Virus record (IMG/VR): IMGVR_UViG_3300032167_000057
Location: 68,886-131,424 of that record
Reading direction: 5' to 3' (one strand)
Origin: a virus
Lineage: Duplodnaviria; Heunggongvirae; Uroviricota; Caudoviricetes
Length of the DNA stretch: 62,539 nt
Shown: piece after piece, positions 41,601-51,682 of the stretch
Numbering within the stretch: the first letter of the stretch is position 1
How the letters are laid out: every line of letters begins with the position of its first letter
Made by a program: the position numbers and the translations under genes
Notes under the pieces: generated by a model
What the model saw: the letters and a program-made list of their open reading frames with translations, nothing else
What the model was told of the DNA's origin: nothing
Database searches by the model: none

Positions 41601-43057
41601 AATTAGCTAACATGGCTGGTTCTGTTGATAAATTAGGCAGTTCCTCTTCTACTGCTTCATCTGGTATTAAATCTGCCGCAGGCGCTACGCAAGAATTAAA
41701 AGACAGTGCTCAAGGCATTTCAGATGAAATGTCCAATACTGTAACTGCTATTGAAGGTTTAAATTCAGTAAGTCTAAAAGGTTTGCAATTAACTTTTACT
41801 AATTTGATTAATACAATCCAATCAGTTTCAGAAGCCATAGGCGCGTTATCTACTGGTGCTACTGAAAGTGGAGTTGGTGGATTGGTCGGCGCTATTTCTG
41901 CATTAAATGCTGTTAATTTAGGTGGGGATGGAGAAGGTATTATTGATAAATTCAATAAACTGAAAGAGGCAGTATCTCAGGTTAGTGCGGCTATTACAGG
42001 CGGTGCTGGTGCAGCTGATACTGGTATAGATTTAACCGATAGAGGTTTTCCATCTGCTACTGGTCAGTCTACTACATCTGGTTCTGATGGTAGTGCTGGA
42101 TTAATTGGTGCTATTGAAGAGCAAGGTCAAATTGCCGAAACAGTTTTATCAGAGGAAATTCCTAGATTCAATGGTGAAGAAGAATCATTATTAGGTGCGG
42201 TAACAGATGTTACTACCGCTATTGCTGGTTCTGGAGACTCAGAAGAAGGTTCTGGCGAAGAAATAGATGCTACTAATCTTATGGGTGCAATTGAGGCACA
42301 ATATGATAAAGCCTTAGAAGTTCTACCAGATGAGAAATCCAAATTTGAAGAACTGCTAGAAGTAATTAAATCATGTGTTACTGAGTTAAATAATATGGTA
42401 ACTGCAATGCAGAATATGTCAGAAATGGAGTTTAATTTTGGTGGTGGCTCTACTGGCGGTGGATATAAAGGTACTGTTGGTAATGCTTTTGCTAAAGGTA
42501 CAATGAATATCAGAAGTTTACCTATTACTGGATATAAAGGTTTGCCACATGATGAGAAAAATGCGATGCGTTCTGAGTATGGTCAACCAGAATTGACAGT
42601 ATATCCAGACGGTACAACTGAACTCACAAGTAAACCTGTAATGTCAGACTTACCGAAAGGTACTGTAATTTTCAATGAAGAACAAACAAAGCGCATTATG
42701 CATAACCAAGGTACTGTTCTTGGTAAAGCTCATGCGGAAGGTACACTTCCTGCTGGTCTTATCCCGCTTGAAGCTGTTGACCCAGCAAAATATAAGATGC
42801 TGTCTGGTTCTTCTTTGGTTAAATTAACTGGTGTTGCTTTAGAAAAAGCTTTTGATAAACAAAATTCAGTATTAACTGAAACGGTTAATCAGGCATTGAA
42901 TTTACGTACAAATACTCCTGCTAAAGCACCAATTCATATGGGTGACATACAGTTTATTTGTAACGGAATTACTGCTGACCAAGTTGAAAAACAAATTAGC
43001 GGACATTTTGAAGGGCTGTTTACAGACGCTTATCAAAAATCAATGACCCGTCAATAA
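38681..43057 (+). CDS. tape measure protein, exon 3 (spliced product about 2480 aa)
   Basis: 1458-aa coiled-coil ORF without a good SD; C-terminal AFAKGT and GQPELT motifs. Confidence 0.8.
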   Translation: MLRIINGLKDSGLSGNIVKLGQEFQKSGKSAEYLADVTGLTVEQVTKLTKLKPNLVSFGKTLGTIAVAYVAMWTASKVWDAVNTTVDEAQEKIDNVNSKISTLNKEIQKLESIGYRNEAQNNRLNALQRELELQESLLAIEQKRYYQELTGNQFTDKFDSDNLYTKYYQEAPYLTDGFAEQNEVGMMKQRYSVNEHKIAEYDEKIVSTANDNKKAKLIEKRNKLLEKQVDLAGQLAEKEVEYLDYYTQAQEAVDSGLLYGSDLEDAKELASLWKAAYEDISSISTEIQKANDTFDYSAQIAGILGKVDYKDLKDPLIELAKNGDLSVNLLETEYTALTEALEAAGIEASELYYYLLNLADPQMAQRTKDIAALNTRVGIDSNIDSAGEAQAHSLLYNAGAYTDEGLTAWATIQTEIDTSNWTVEDIAAAIQEKLDGQVIEPEINVTPTITSSVQEIAKQLEPQMSALEEVYNSIFNGEGGFNADIIDHSMMANLEASFNQLEEDLGVTFDSQALEDFFRVLGDGVYTADEAQNAFNDLATAWFYSTDVLDHLSKETAGAITQQLELMGVTNAAEVVQTQLNNITAEKKYAAQVGKELAEATYSEAYAFISDEIALGNADKSLYTYYLTKLAVNGATVNTIDDCRNVLALANAADISGEALDQLASLMASYDKAMAQGNYTGATVIANEINKMKAKVDAEIANFKPTEINWSPVVDSAGKAGKDAGEELKDQLEQELNDLDSVISSVTNIIGDRIDDLQNQMDAAIDALEAERDAAIEALEDEKKALEDAVKAKQDQIDAIREAREERSAELDLQRKEYELERLQNQRTLLIYSDSKGFHYENDSKEVRDAKEAVDEAKEEIEILKIEKEISALEDSIDNIDDKIEEVNDHYDKLIEQTEQYWQSLIDSLEAYKSRWEELAELKEQAEFQRQLEELGLSSVDILNMSEEAFQSFKTQYSEALNAYLAASGATEEELANMAGSVDKLGSSSSTASSGIKSAAGATQELKDSAQGISDEMSNTVTAIEGLNSVSLKGLQLTFTNLINTIQSVSEAIGALSTGATESGVGGLVGAISALNAVNLGGDGEGIIDKFNKLKEAVSQVSAAITGGAGAADTGIDLTDRGFPSATGQSTTSGSDGSAGLIGAIEEQGQIAETVLSEEIPRFNGEEESLLGAVTDVTTAIAGSGDSEEGSGEEIDATNLMGAIEAQYDKALEVLPDEKSKFEELLEVIKSCVTELNNMVTAMQNMSEMEFNFGGGSTGGGYKGTVGNAFAKGTMNIRSLPITGYKGLPHDEKNAMRSEYGQPELTVYPDGTTELTSKPVMSDLPKGTVIFNEEQTKRIMHNQGTVLGKAHAEGTLPAGLIPLEAVDPAKYKMLSGSSLVKLTGVALEKAFDKQNSVLTETVNQALNLRTNTPAKAPIHMGDIQFICNGITADQVEKQISGHFEGLFTDAYQKSMTRQ

Positions 43058-43062
43058 ATATT

Positions 43063-43094
43063 AAAGGGCTATTACTATTGTGATAGTCCTTTTT
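43063..43094 (+). terminator. intrinsic terminator
   Basis: AAAGGGCTAT...ATAGTCCTTT-TT after TMP stop. Confidence 0.6.
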
Positions 43095-43115
43095 ATATAT
43101 AAGAAAGGTATACGC

Positions 43116-43376
43116 ATGACCATTAAAGAAGAAATTATCAACGCAATTGAATTGTTGATTGATAAGAAATTATCCACTTACGCAAGTGATATAACTTATA
43201 TTTCAGCAATCAAAAAAGTAAATGCCAATGGTACATATGTAATTACCGACAGAGGAGGCACAGAACGAGCGGTTAAATGTTGTATACCTAATCTTGCTTT
43301 GTCTGTTGGACAAATTGTTTATATTAAAGTTCCAGCTGGCAAATTGAAATACACACATATTTGTGGTGTGGTATAA
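43116..43376 (+). CDS. small tail or baseplate-region protein
   Basis: SD AGAAAGG before ATG 43116; position after TMP. Confidence 0.65.
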   Translation: MTIKEEIINAIELLIDKKLSTYASDITYISAIKKVNANGTYVITDRGGTERAVKCCIPNLALSVGQIVYIKVPAGKLKYTHICGVV

Positions 43377-43474
43377 AATAACAGTTTTATTTCGTTTTTG
43401 ATACTATATATAGAGGTATCATCGTTGTGCGACCACTATATATAGTGGCAAATATTAAAGAAAGGAAACTTATA

Positions 43475-44416
43475 ATGGATAGAATTAGATTTATTAAGAA
43501 TCCGTCTAGTATTTATGCAGTTGAACTCAAAACAATTGGTAGCAATGTTATTAGTTTGACATTCTTAAACGCTGGTGCTCCTGCATATGTAGCAGATGGT
43601 TTTGAACTGATTAACGAAAACAATGGTAAAGTCATGGGTTCATTCCTTGACTATACAACAAAATATAGAACATATACAGATAAGATTAATGTAGTGGAAT
43701 TATCTAATGATGGTAGTGTTTATAAAGAACCAGAACCAGTGATTCCTACTATTACTTTTGTGGCAAATGAAGGTGGTACATTAGCTGGCGATTTAGTTCA
43801 GCAAGTTGCTACTTATGATGCATTAGTTGTTCCTACTGTAAAAGCAAAAGAAAATTATAACTTCATTGGTTGGAATCCAGAAATTCCTACAAGCGGAAAA
43901 ATTGAAAATAATCAGACATTCTATGCTACTTTTGAATATATTCCAACCGAAGAAGAAATCGCTGCGCAGTTAGCGGAAGCAAAAAAGAATAAGATTAATT
44001 ATTCTAAGTTAGAACTCGCAAACTTCTTAGAAGAACATCCTATTACTTCTACTGCTCATAATGGAGTTGAAGGTGTTTATTCTGTAACCAATGAAAAACA
44101 GATGTTAATGATGAGTCAGTATACAACTTATCAGATTGAAAAAGAAGTAAATCCTGATGCTGTATTAACATGGAATGAAACTGGTAAGGCTTGTGAAGTA
44201 TGGAAAGAGGAAGAATTCTTACAGTTGGTACTTGAAATCAAGGCTTATGTATATCCTCTCGTTTCTTACCAGCAGACTACCGAAGAAGCAATTAATGCTT
44301 GTTCTTCCATTGAAGAAGTTGAAGCAATTGTAATTGATTATTCTGCAATTGCTTTCCCCGAAGTTCCTGAAGAAACAGAGCCAGAAGATACAGAAAGTGA
44401 AGTAACAGAAGAATAA
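43475..44416 (+). CDS. tail-associated protein with InlB B-repeat-like domain
   Basis: TITFVANEGG...YNFIGWN repeat-like unit; SD GAAAGGA before ATG 43475. Confidence 0.6.
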   Translation: MDRIRFIKNPSSIYAVELKTIGSNVISLTFLNAGAPAYVADGFELINENNGKVMGSFLDYTTKYRTYTDKINVVELSNDGSVYKEPEPVIPTITFVANEGGTLAGDLVQQVATYDALVVPTVKAKENYNFIGWNPEIPTSGKIENNQTFYATFEYIPTEEEIAAQLAEAKKNKINYSKLELANFLEEHPITSTAHNGVEGVYSVTNEKQMLMMSQYTTYQIEKEVNPDAVLTWNETGKACEVWKEEEFLQLVLEIKAYVYPLVSYQQTTEEAINACSSIEEVEAIVIDYSAIAFPEVPEETEPEDTESEVTEE

Positions 44417-44439
44417 TTGAGCTAGAAAGGAAGCTACAT

Positions 44440-45519
44440 ATGTTGTTAACCAAAGAAGTAACAACTACTTTATCTGCGAAAAATGTTAAATATTATGAAA
44501 AATTGGGTTATAAAATTCCTATGCGAAAAGCATCTACATTAAATATGAAAAATAATAATGTAGATTATGTATATGATATACCAATCAAAGATTTTGTTGT
44601 CAAAACCGAAGATTTGCCACTTCAAAGTAATGTAAAAGTAGATGTTTTATGTGATTGTTGTAAAAATAACATATGTCGTACTTCGTATGCTTGTTATATC
44701 AATGCTATAAAAAAAACTGGAAGTTATTATTGTAAACACTGTAATCATATAAAGGCTCAACAAACTATGTTAGAAAGATATGGATGTGAAAGTCCCATAC
44801 AAAACGAAACAATAAGAAAGAAAATTTATGAAACAAACATAAAAAAATATGGCTATAAAATACCGACTAAAAACAAAAAAGTTAAAGAAAAAATACGTGA
44901 AACAAATATAGAAAAATATGGGTTTTCATCTTCTTTTTCAAACAAGGATGTGCAAGAAAAATATCGAAAAAACTGTTTAGAAAAATATGGATACGAGTAT
45001 GCTTTACAAATTCCAGAAGTAAGAGAAAAAATATCTCAAACATTTTATAAAAACGGGACTCAAAAAATTTCTATTCAACAAAATTATTTATGTAAATTGT
45101 TTGATGGTGTATTAAATTATCCAATCAAAAAATATTGTGCTGATATATATATAAAAAAATACAATATTGTAATTGAATACGATGGTGGCGGTCATAAACT
45201 TAATGTAAAATCTGGAAGACAAACAGAAGAAGAATATAAAAAAAGTGAAATTATTCGTAATAATATTATAACACGTGAAGGTTATAAGCAAATTCGTATC
45301 ATTTCATCTAAAGATTATCTTCCATCGGACGAGATTCTATTACAAATGTTAGAACAAGCAAAAGAATATTTTAATACAACCAATCATACATGGGTTGAAT
45401 ATATTATAGACACCTCTCTTATACGAAATGCAGAATATAAAGATGGTGTCTTTTTTGATTATGGGAAATTAAGAAAAATAAGGAAGGAGGAATTTGAAAA
45501 TGTCGAAGCCGTATCTTGA
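44440..45519 (+). CDS. free-standing putative homing endonuclease (Vsr/DUF559-like C-terminus)
   Basis: CDCC and CKHC zinc motifs, KYGY repeats, CADIY...IEYDGGGH; no intron motifs in flanks. Confidence 0.7.
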   Translation: MLLTKEVTTTLSAKNVKYYEKLGYKIPMRKASTLNMKNNNVDYVYDIPIKDFVVKTEDLPLQSNVKVDVLCDCCKNNICRTSYACYINAIKKTGSYYCKHCNHIKAQQTMLERYGCESPIQNETIRKKIYETNIKKYGYKIPTKNKKVKEKIRETNIEKYGFSSSFSNKDVQEKYRKNCLEKYGYEYALQIPEVREKISQTFYKNGTQKISIQQNYLCKLFDGVLNYPIKKYCADIYIKKYNIVIEYDGGGHKLNVKSGRQTEEEYKKSEIIRNNIITREGYKQIRIISSKDYLPSDEILLQMLEQAKEYFNTTNHTWVEYIIDTSLIRNAEYKDGVFFDYGKLRKIRKEEFENVEAVS

Positions 45520-46906
45520 TAAAATTATACCCTTTGATGCCAATTATAATCATGTAATTAACTTCTCATGGTCTGGTTCAAGGTCTTATGGTAATCGTTG
45601 TGTTATTAGTTATATAGACACATTAGCAGAAGTCTATAATCAAGTTTCAAATCCTAATTTTCTTCTTTCTCATACAATTCCTGCTGGTACTTTAACAAAT
45701 GGTAATAAGTATGTAATACAGATTAGTACGTTTGACGCAGATGGTAATGAAAGTCCTTTATCTGATAAAGAATACTTCTATTGTGTGGAAACTCCGCGAT
45801 ATGGTTTTGTTGGTTTAACAACAACTGGCCGTACAGAAATAGACAACGCGTCTTATACGGCTACAATTGCTTATTCACAACCAGATTGGGAAGATGTACG
45901 TTCGTATCGTTTTCATTTATATAATGCAGGCAAAACACTGTTATTAACAAGTGATGAAATGTACGACCAAGCCAATATTACATATACTTATCGAGGTCTT
46001 GAGACCAGTTCCACTTATTATCTAAGATGGACTGGTGTTACGATAAATGGTATTGAATTAGATACTGGCTATGTTGAAATTTTTGTGAAATACCAAAATC
46101 CTTCCACATATGCCAGTATTTATGCTGAAAACGTACCCTTACGCGGATATATTAAATACAACACCAATATCAAAATAGTTCAATATAATGGTGATACAGA
46201 TTTTACATTTGATTATGGTAAAATCAATCTCTTAGATGATGTGCTCTATTACGATGAAGGTTTTACTATTCCAGATAATTTTACACTCAAGATTAAAGGT
46301 GTGGATATGTGGAAAAACGCCGAAGTCTTTAAAGCCCAAAATGTAGACGGTCAATCATTTTATATTACTTCTTATATCTATGAGGATGATATTCGTCCTA
46401 CCCTTCGATTTAAACTTACAGTTCCCAACGTGTTATGTAATTACATAATTTACAGTGAACCAATGGTTTTTGAACCTGAAGACATGGTTATTATTGTTGT
46501 GCGCAGAATTAATAATGTGTGGGGTATTTATACTTATCTTTCTATCGGAGAACTGGAGGAAGAAGAAGTTGCTACGTACTTCTCAGATACTAGACCTATT
46601 GATGGTGTAGTCACTGGAGATTATTGGATTGAAAATGGTGAAACCGAAATTTTAAGAATCGCTTATGAAGATAGAGTTGTCATCACTCAAGAAAATGAGC
46701 CTGTAAATCCTCCACTTAACGCGATATGGATAGCTGGTGGAGAATTAACTGATAAGTATATTTTGTATGTGAGAAATGGGGTTGGTTCTTATGGAAGTTC
46801 TACTCTTTCACTTACAGATACAAACAGTTCAATAATTGAAGAAACAATGAATCTTGTGTGTACAGATGATACATATGAGACAGAACGTTGGATAAAGGAG
46901 GTATAG
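45494..46906 (+). CDS. baseplate/tail protein with FN3-like beta domains
   Basis: Position; YTYRGLETSSTYYLR FN3-like motif. Confidence 0.55.
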   Translation: MKMSKPYLDKIIPFDANYNHVINFSWSGSRSYGNRCVISYIDTLAEVYNQVSNPNFLLSHTIPAGTLTNGNKYVIQISTFDADGNESPLSDKEYFYCVETPRYGFVGLTTTGRTEIDNASYTATIAYSQPDWEDVRSYRFHLYNAGKTLLLTSDEMYDQANITYTYRGLETSSTYYLRWTGVTINGIELDTGYVEIFVKYQNPSTYASIYAENVPLRGYIKYNTNIKIVQYNGDTDFTFDYGKINLLDDVLYYDEGFTIPDNFTLKIKGVDMWKNAEVFKAQNVDGQSFYITSYIYEDDIRPTLRFKLTVPNVLCNYIIYSEPMVFEPEDMVIIVVRRINNVWGIYTYLSIGELEEEEVATYFSDTRPIDGVVTGDYWIENGETEILRIAYEDRVVITQENEPVNPPLNAIWIAGGELTDKYILYVRNGVGSYGSSTLSLTDTNSSIIEETMNLVCTDDTYETERWIKEV

Positions 46907-46909
46907 TAT

Positions 46910-47830
46910 ATGTATCTAATGGGTACTAACTTTGTTGGTGGAAATTTAGCATGTGCTTTATCTCCTACTGATGTTAAAGACTCGACTTATGTTGAATTAA
47001 AAAATGGTTTATATGATTGTTTATATGTTACTGCTGATGTTGAAAGCGTACCAGATGACCAGTGTATTGAAGGTTGGGATTGGAATACAATTTTACATGC
47101 AGAATTTGAAGATTCTACAAATGCTGGTAATATGGATTGGAATTTATCTACTGTTTCTCACTTGTTAATAAAGAGAAAGAAAAAGGATGAATTTAAATGG
47201 AAAACAATTGATGTTATTGCAATTAACTCAATTGAGGACTTTGAACTTATTGGTATTGATTACACAAACGAATCCAATGTTACATATCAATATGCGGTTG
47301 TGCCATCTCTTTATGGTATAGAAGGCCCATATTCAATTGTAGAAGTTGATTCACAGTTTAATGGAATTTTCATCGTTGAAAAAGACCGTATATATGGTAC
47401 AAATATAACAGATGGATTTTGTGATTATACACGAAGCCATCCGAATAGTCCTACGCCAACTATCCTTAATAAATATCCTACGACCATAAAAACAACTATG
47501 GCTAATTATGATAGTGGTACATGCAGTGGTGTTTTTGTAGATGTATCTGATGATAATTGTGAAATTTTAACCCAACAAGATTCTTATCGAGTTGCTTATC
47601 AAAAAGAACTTATTGATTTCTTATCTAACGGTAAAGTAAAGCTGTTGAAAAATATAGATGGTTATTTGAGGATGGTAACCATAAATGACCAAATTCAAGA
47701 CAGTGCTGATAGTGTCTATAATAATCGCAAATTAACTTTTTCATGGACTGAAGTGGGCGATGCTCAGAATGAAGAAGATTTATATTACGCAGGTCTCTCA
47801 GATGTGAGTCCAGAGTGGTGGAGCGCATAA
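46910..47830 (+). CDS. putative distal tail or baseplate protein
   Basis: Position in tail-tip module. Confidence 0.5.
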   Translation: MYLMGTNFVGGNLACALSPTDVKDSTYVELKNGLYDCLYVTADVESVPDDQCIEGWDWNTILHAEFEDSTNAGNMDWNLSTVSHLLIKRKKKDEFKWKTIDVIAINSIEDFELIGIDYTNESNVTYQYAVVPSLYGIEGPYSIVEVDSQFNGIFIVEKDRIYGTNITDGFCDYTRSHPNSPTPTILNKYPTTIKTTMANYDSGTCSGVFVDVSDDNCEILTQQDSYRVAYQKELIDFLSNGKVKLLKNIDGYLRMVTINDQIQDSADSVYNNRKLTFSWTEVGDAQNEEDLYYAGLSDVSPEWWSA

Positions 47831-47845
47831 GGGAGGGGTTGCTAA

Positions 47846-49498
47846 ATGAAAATTACTAATGTTGATTTATTATTATTAAAACAACCCGTATTAGAGTATG
47901 CGATTAAAGTAGAAGTATTAGAAAACAACGCTGTAATAGATGTGTTGCAAGGTATTATACAAGGTGGTTCATCTTCTATTAATGCTGATTCAGATATAAG
48001 AAGAACATTTAGTGCCACTATTATTCCTACGTGGAAGAACTCAATTAAAGTAAATGAAAATGGGTTAATTTGGCTTAATAAAGATGTACATCTGCATGTA
48101 GGTATTAAAAATTTACGGACTGATAAGTTTGTTTGGTACTCACAAGGTTATTTTGTGTTTTCCAACTGTTCTGGAACTTACGACATTCAAACCAATCAAT
48201 TATCTATTTCATGTAATGATTTCATCAGTTATTTAGATGGAACGAAAAATGGACAAATTGGAGCGCTTACTACTCTCATTCCCGCATATGAAGAGAATGA
48301 AGAAACGGGTGAAGTTATTAAGCGTAATATTATCCGCGAAGCGGTAATTCAAATAATAGCCCAACTTGGTCGCTTTAAAAATTATATGATAGATGACATT
48401 GGTGAATTTTACGCCATGTCAGAACATAATAAAGATTGGAAAAAATATAGAGAAGAAAATGAACTATGGAACACTATCCCTTATGATTTAGAATTTGCTG
48501 CTGGGTGTAGTGTTCTTTCTATCTTAAAAGAATTAATTAATTTATATCCAAACTATGAAATATTTGTAGATGAAAATGGTACATTAATTGTACAAATGAT
48601 TCCGAGTTGTTATGAAGATGATGTATTGTTGAAGAATGATTATTTACAAAGTGTGTTGATTTCTGAAAGTAGTTCACTTGATTTAACTACGGTGCGCAAC
48701 ATTTGTGAAGTATGGGGAGAAGTAATTGAAACTGATTTTTATACTGATAATAGTACATATAGTGGTAACTGTTACTCTTGTACGATTGATGGCTATGAAG
48801 ACACATATTTCAATGGGGATATTATATCAATTAAAGTGCCAGCGATTAACGAAGCTGGGGCAAAGTTGAATGTTAATTCTTTTGGTGTTCTTCCAATTAT
48901 GGATGAAAATACAGACGCTCCAATTGTAGCTGGACGTATTGCAAACGCAAATACAGTATATTCATTTAAGATTAAAAAGAAACATGTTAATGGCAGTGAT
49001 GTAGTTCAGGCTTATTTATTAGGCCAGTGGCAACCGCACGCCATTAGCGTATTAACTGATGGCACAACTGGTGAAGATTATACCAGTACCAGTGGTGTAA
49101 CTGCTCCTCGTTGGAGTAAAGAATATTTTCAAACAATTTATAATTGTGAAACAGTTGAATTGATTGTAATTCCAGATTCTCCATTCACCGTACAAAAGTT
49201 AGGTGAAATTTTAGATGTTAAGCAAGGTGGAGAATTTGAGAATATTACTTCTGATTCATTAGCGCTTGCTAGGGCTGGTTATGAAAACTGGAAAAATTCT
49301 CGTTTAACCGATTCAATTACTATTACTACATTATTAATGCCGTTTTTAGATGTAAATGTAAAAGTGGAATATCAGCCCAATGGTGTGGATGAAGTGCGGC
49401 AATATATTATTAAATCTGTTAATCACAATTTTGACAGTGGCCAATCTACGATTCAAATGTCTAGATTTTATCCACTATATATCCCAGAGAGTGAGTAA
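47846..49498 (+). CDS. putative baseplate hub (Tal-like) protein
   Basis: DSDIRRTF motif; hub-like C-terminus LDVNVKVEY...YIIKSV. Confidence 0.6.
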   Translation: MKITNVDLLLLKQPVLEYAIKVEVLENNAVIDVLQGIIQGGSSSINADSDIRRTFSATIIPTWKNSIKVNENGLIWLNKDVHLHVGIKNLRTDKFVWYSQGYFVFSNCSGTYDIQTNQLSISCNDFISYLDGTKNGQIGALTTLIPAYEENEETGEVIKRNIIREAVIQIIAQLGRFKNYMIDDIGEFYAMSEHNKDWKKYREENELWNTIPYDLEFAAGCSVLSILKELINLYPNYEIFVDENGTLIVQMIPSCYEDDVLLKNDYLQSVLISESSSLDLTTVRNICEVWGEVIETDFYTDNSTYSGNCYSCTIDGYEDTYFNGDIISIKVPAINEAGAKLNVNSFGVLPIMDENTDAPIVAGRIANANTVYSFKIKKKHVNGSDVVQAYLLGQWQPHAISVLTDGTTGEDYTSTSGVTAPRWSKEYFQTIYNCETVELIVIPDSPFTVQKLGEILDVKQGGEFENITSDSLALARAGYENWKNSRLTDSITITTLLMPFLDVNVKVEYQPNGVDEVRQYIIKSVNHNFDSGQSTIQMSRFYPLYIPESE

Positions 49499-49509
49499 GG
49501 AAGGTAATA

Positions 49510-50067
49510 ATGTATACTATATTAATTAACAAAGATAACTCGCTTACCACCTCGGTTAGAGAACGTATAACGCAGGGAAGCAATTTAGTTGATTCCTTGC
49601 GTTTTTTAGTTGAACCAGTATATGCAAATATTGAAATGAAAGATTTCGTTGTAGAGATGGAATATGTAATACCTAATCCTGAATTGGTACAACAAAAAAC
49701 AGTGCAATTAGAACTGGTTACAGATGAAAACGGTGAGCCCGTGTTATATAAAAATAGATTGGATTATAGATTACCTGTAACAAACGAATTTACTACTTAC
49801 GCAGGACGAATTAAAATCAATCTAATATTTACTAAAACCGAATTTGAAGAAGAAACTGAGAACGTTTATATTAGAAAAACTACTAATACTTATTTAGAAA
49901 TTACACCTGTAGACCACGATATGCCTGTGGAAATGGCTTATAAAGCAGATAGTATTGTTATTAATGAAGATAATACTATCCAATTAACAGCCAATGATGT
50001 TCCCATTGGAGATAAAATTGCTACTACTTCTATCGTGGACACTGGACTACATATTGTAGAAGTGTAG
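49510..50067 (+). CDS. BppU-like baseplate upper protein, N-terminal-type domain
   Basis: ITQGSNLVDSLRF...FTTYAGRIKINL pattern. Confidence 0.5.
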   Translation: MYTILINKDNSLTTSVRERITQGSNLVDSLRFLVEPVYANIEMKDFVVEMEYVIPNPELVQQKTVQLELVTDENGEPVLYKNRLDYRLPVTNEFTTYAGRIKINLIFTKTEFEEETENVYIRKTTNTYLEITPVDHDMPVEMAYKADSIVINEDNTIQLTANDVPIGDKIATTSIVDTGLHIVEV

Positions 50068-50077
50068 GAGGTGTAAT

Positions 50078-50542
50078 ATGAGTGAAGTAAAAACTATGTT
50101 GTCAGTATTGGTAACGGATAATGCCAAACTGTATGACATTCCTATATCTAATAATTCTCAGATGATTTTTGTAAGAGATTTACGCACTATAGTATTAGAT
50201 TATCATGGTACGAGGCATTTTTTTAATCAGATAATTACAATTAATACAGAAGCGGAAAAAGGTGAAATAGCTCCTATTAATGGATGTTATTATTTTGTAA
50301 AAGATTCTGTAGTGTTATATACCTACCAAGATGATAATTGGATACCATTAACACAAAATTCTGCTGGTACAATTTATATCGGAATTGCGAAACCTAGTGT
50401 TGGTGTAAATGGAATTTTATATGTAGATACAATGAATCAAGATATTTCGGTTTGGGATTTGAACAGACAAGAATATACTATTGTGGGCAATGTATCACAA
50501 AGTATAACCGAAGCTGAATTATTACAACTTTTTAACAACTAA
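50078..50542 (+). CDS. tail-tip hypothetical protein
   Basis: ORF track; SD AGGAGGTG. Confidence 0.7.
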   Translation: MSEVKTMLSVLVTDNAKLYDIPISNNSQMIFVRDLRTIVLDYHGTRHFFNQIITINTEAEKGEIAPINGCYYFVKDSVVLYTYQDDNWIPLTQNSAGTIYIGIAKPSVGVNGILYVDTMNQDISVWDLNRQEYTIVGNVSQSITEAELLQLFNN

Positions 50543-50562
50543 GGAAAGGACATATATATATT

Positions 50563-51450
50563 ATGGCAAATCAAGCATTTTTAGACATAACTGGCGTTGG
50601 CGTATTAAAAACTGAATTAGAAAAGGTAATGGACAATAAAGACGCTGCGATTCTTGCTCAGGCTGACCCAGCAGGTACTGCTGCCACCAAGGTACAGGAA
50701 TTAGCAGATGGTGCGGTAAAGACAAATACAGAATCTATTGCTAAATTAAATGGTGATGCTTCTACTGAAGGTTCTGTGGCAAAAGCGGTTAAAGATTCTG
50801 CTGATGCTCTTGATGCAAAAATTGGTACTCTTGCCGATTTGGATACAACTGCTAAAACAGACCTTGTAAATGCGATTAATGAAGTTAGAGCCGCAGTGGA
50901 TGCTGGCGGTACTGGAAGTCAGGTTACAATTGATACTTCTGCAACAACAGCAGGTTATTTAAAGTCTTACACAATTAAACAGGGCGATAATACTGTAGGT
51001 GTTATTGATATCCCGAAAGATTTAGTTGTAACTGCTGGTGAAGTTGTTGTAGACCCAGATGGACAGGCTGCTGGTACATATGTAAAATTAACAATTGCTA
51101 ATCAGGAAACACCTATTTATATTAACGTTGCTGATTTAGTAGATGCTTATACAGCACAGGCTAGCGCTACGCAGGTTCAGTTAGCAATTTCTGCTACTAA
51201 CGAAATCTCTGCTACTATCGTTGCTGGTTCTATTACTGCAACAGAATTAGCAGCTGATGCGGTTACTACTGTGAAGATTGCAGATGCTAATGTTACTGCT
51301 GCTAAACTTGCCGATGATGCAAAAGCTTTATTTGATGCGACTGGTTCTTCTGCACAAGCATTAACAGATGCTAAAGCATATACAGATGAACAGATGGCTA
51401 CCATTTCCGCAATTGAAACAAGTGCTATCGAAGCATTGTTTACACCATAA
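50563..51450 (+). CDS. Ala/Thr-rich fibre-like structural protein
   Basis: LAADAVTTVKIADANVTAAKLADD repeats; DLTTTAKTDLVNAINE motif. Confidence 0.65.
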   Translation: MANQAFLDITGVGVLKTELEKVMDNKDAAILAQADPAGTAATKVQELADGAVKTNTESIAKLNGDASTEGSVAKAVKDSADALDAKIGTLADLDTTAKTDLVNAINEVRAAVDAGGTGSQVTIDTSATTAGYLKSYTIKQGDNTVGVIDIPKDLVVTAGEVVVDPDGQAAGTYVKLTIANQETPIYINVADLVDAYTAQASATQVQLAISATNEISATIVAGSITATELAADAVTTVKIADANVTAAKLADDAKALFDATGSSAQALTDAKAYTDEQMATISAIETSAIEALFTP

Positions 51451-51515
51451 TTAAAACATAAAACTAAAGGCTGTGGCTTCGTGTCACAGCCTTATTTATA
51501 TTGGAGGACTTAATC

Positions 51516-51668
51516 ATGAACGAACAAGAATTTTTAGATTATGTTGGCCTTCAGGTTGTTGTAAACAAGTTAATGGAAAAGATAAACCAAATGGGTAATA
51601 GTGCATTTAATCTAGTATTAAATGAAGATGGAAGCCTGTCTCTAGTTTACAATGATGCAAATTCGTAG
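51516..51668 (+). CDS. small protein, 50 aa
   Basis: SD GGAGG; MNEQEFLDYVGL resembles N-terminus of 50563 (QAFLDITGV). Confidence 0.6.
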   Translation: MNEQEFLDYVGLQVVVNKLMEKINQMGNSAFNLVLNEDGSLSLVYNDANS

Positions 51669-51682
51669 AGAGGAGGATTATT

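Noticed and set aside
44416-45519. Intron around the 44440 or 54799 nuclease genes
   Set aside because: Flanking genes are complete with their own SD and stop, and no group I core motifs are present
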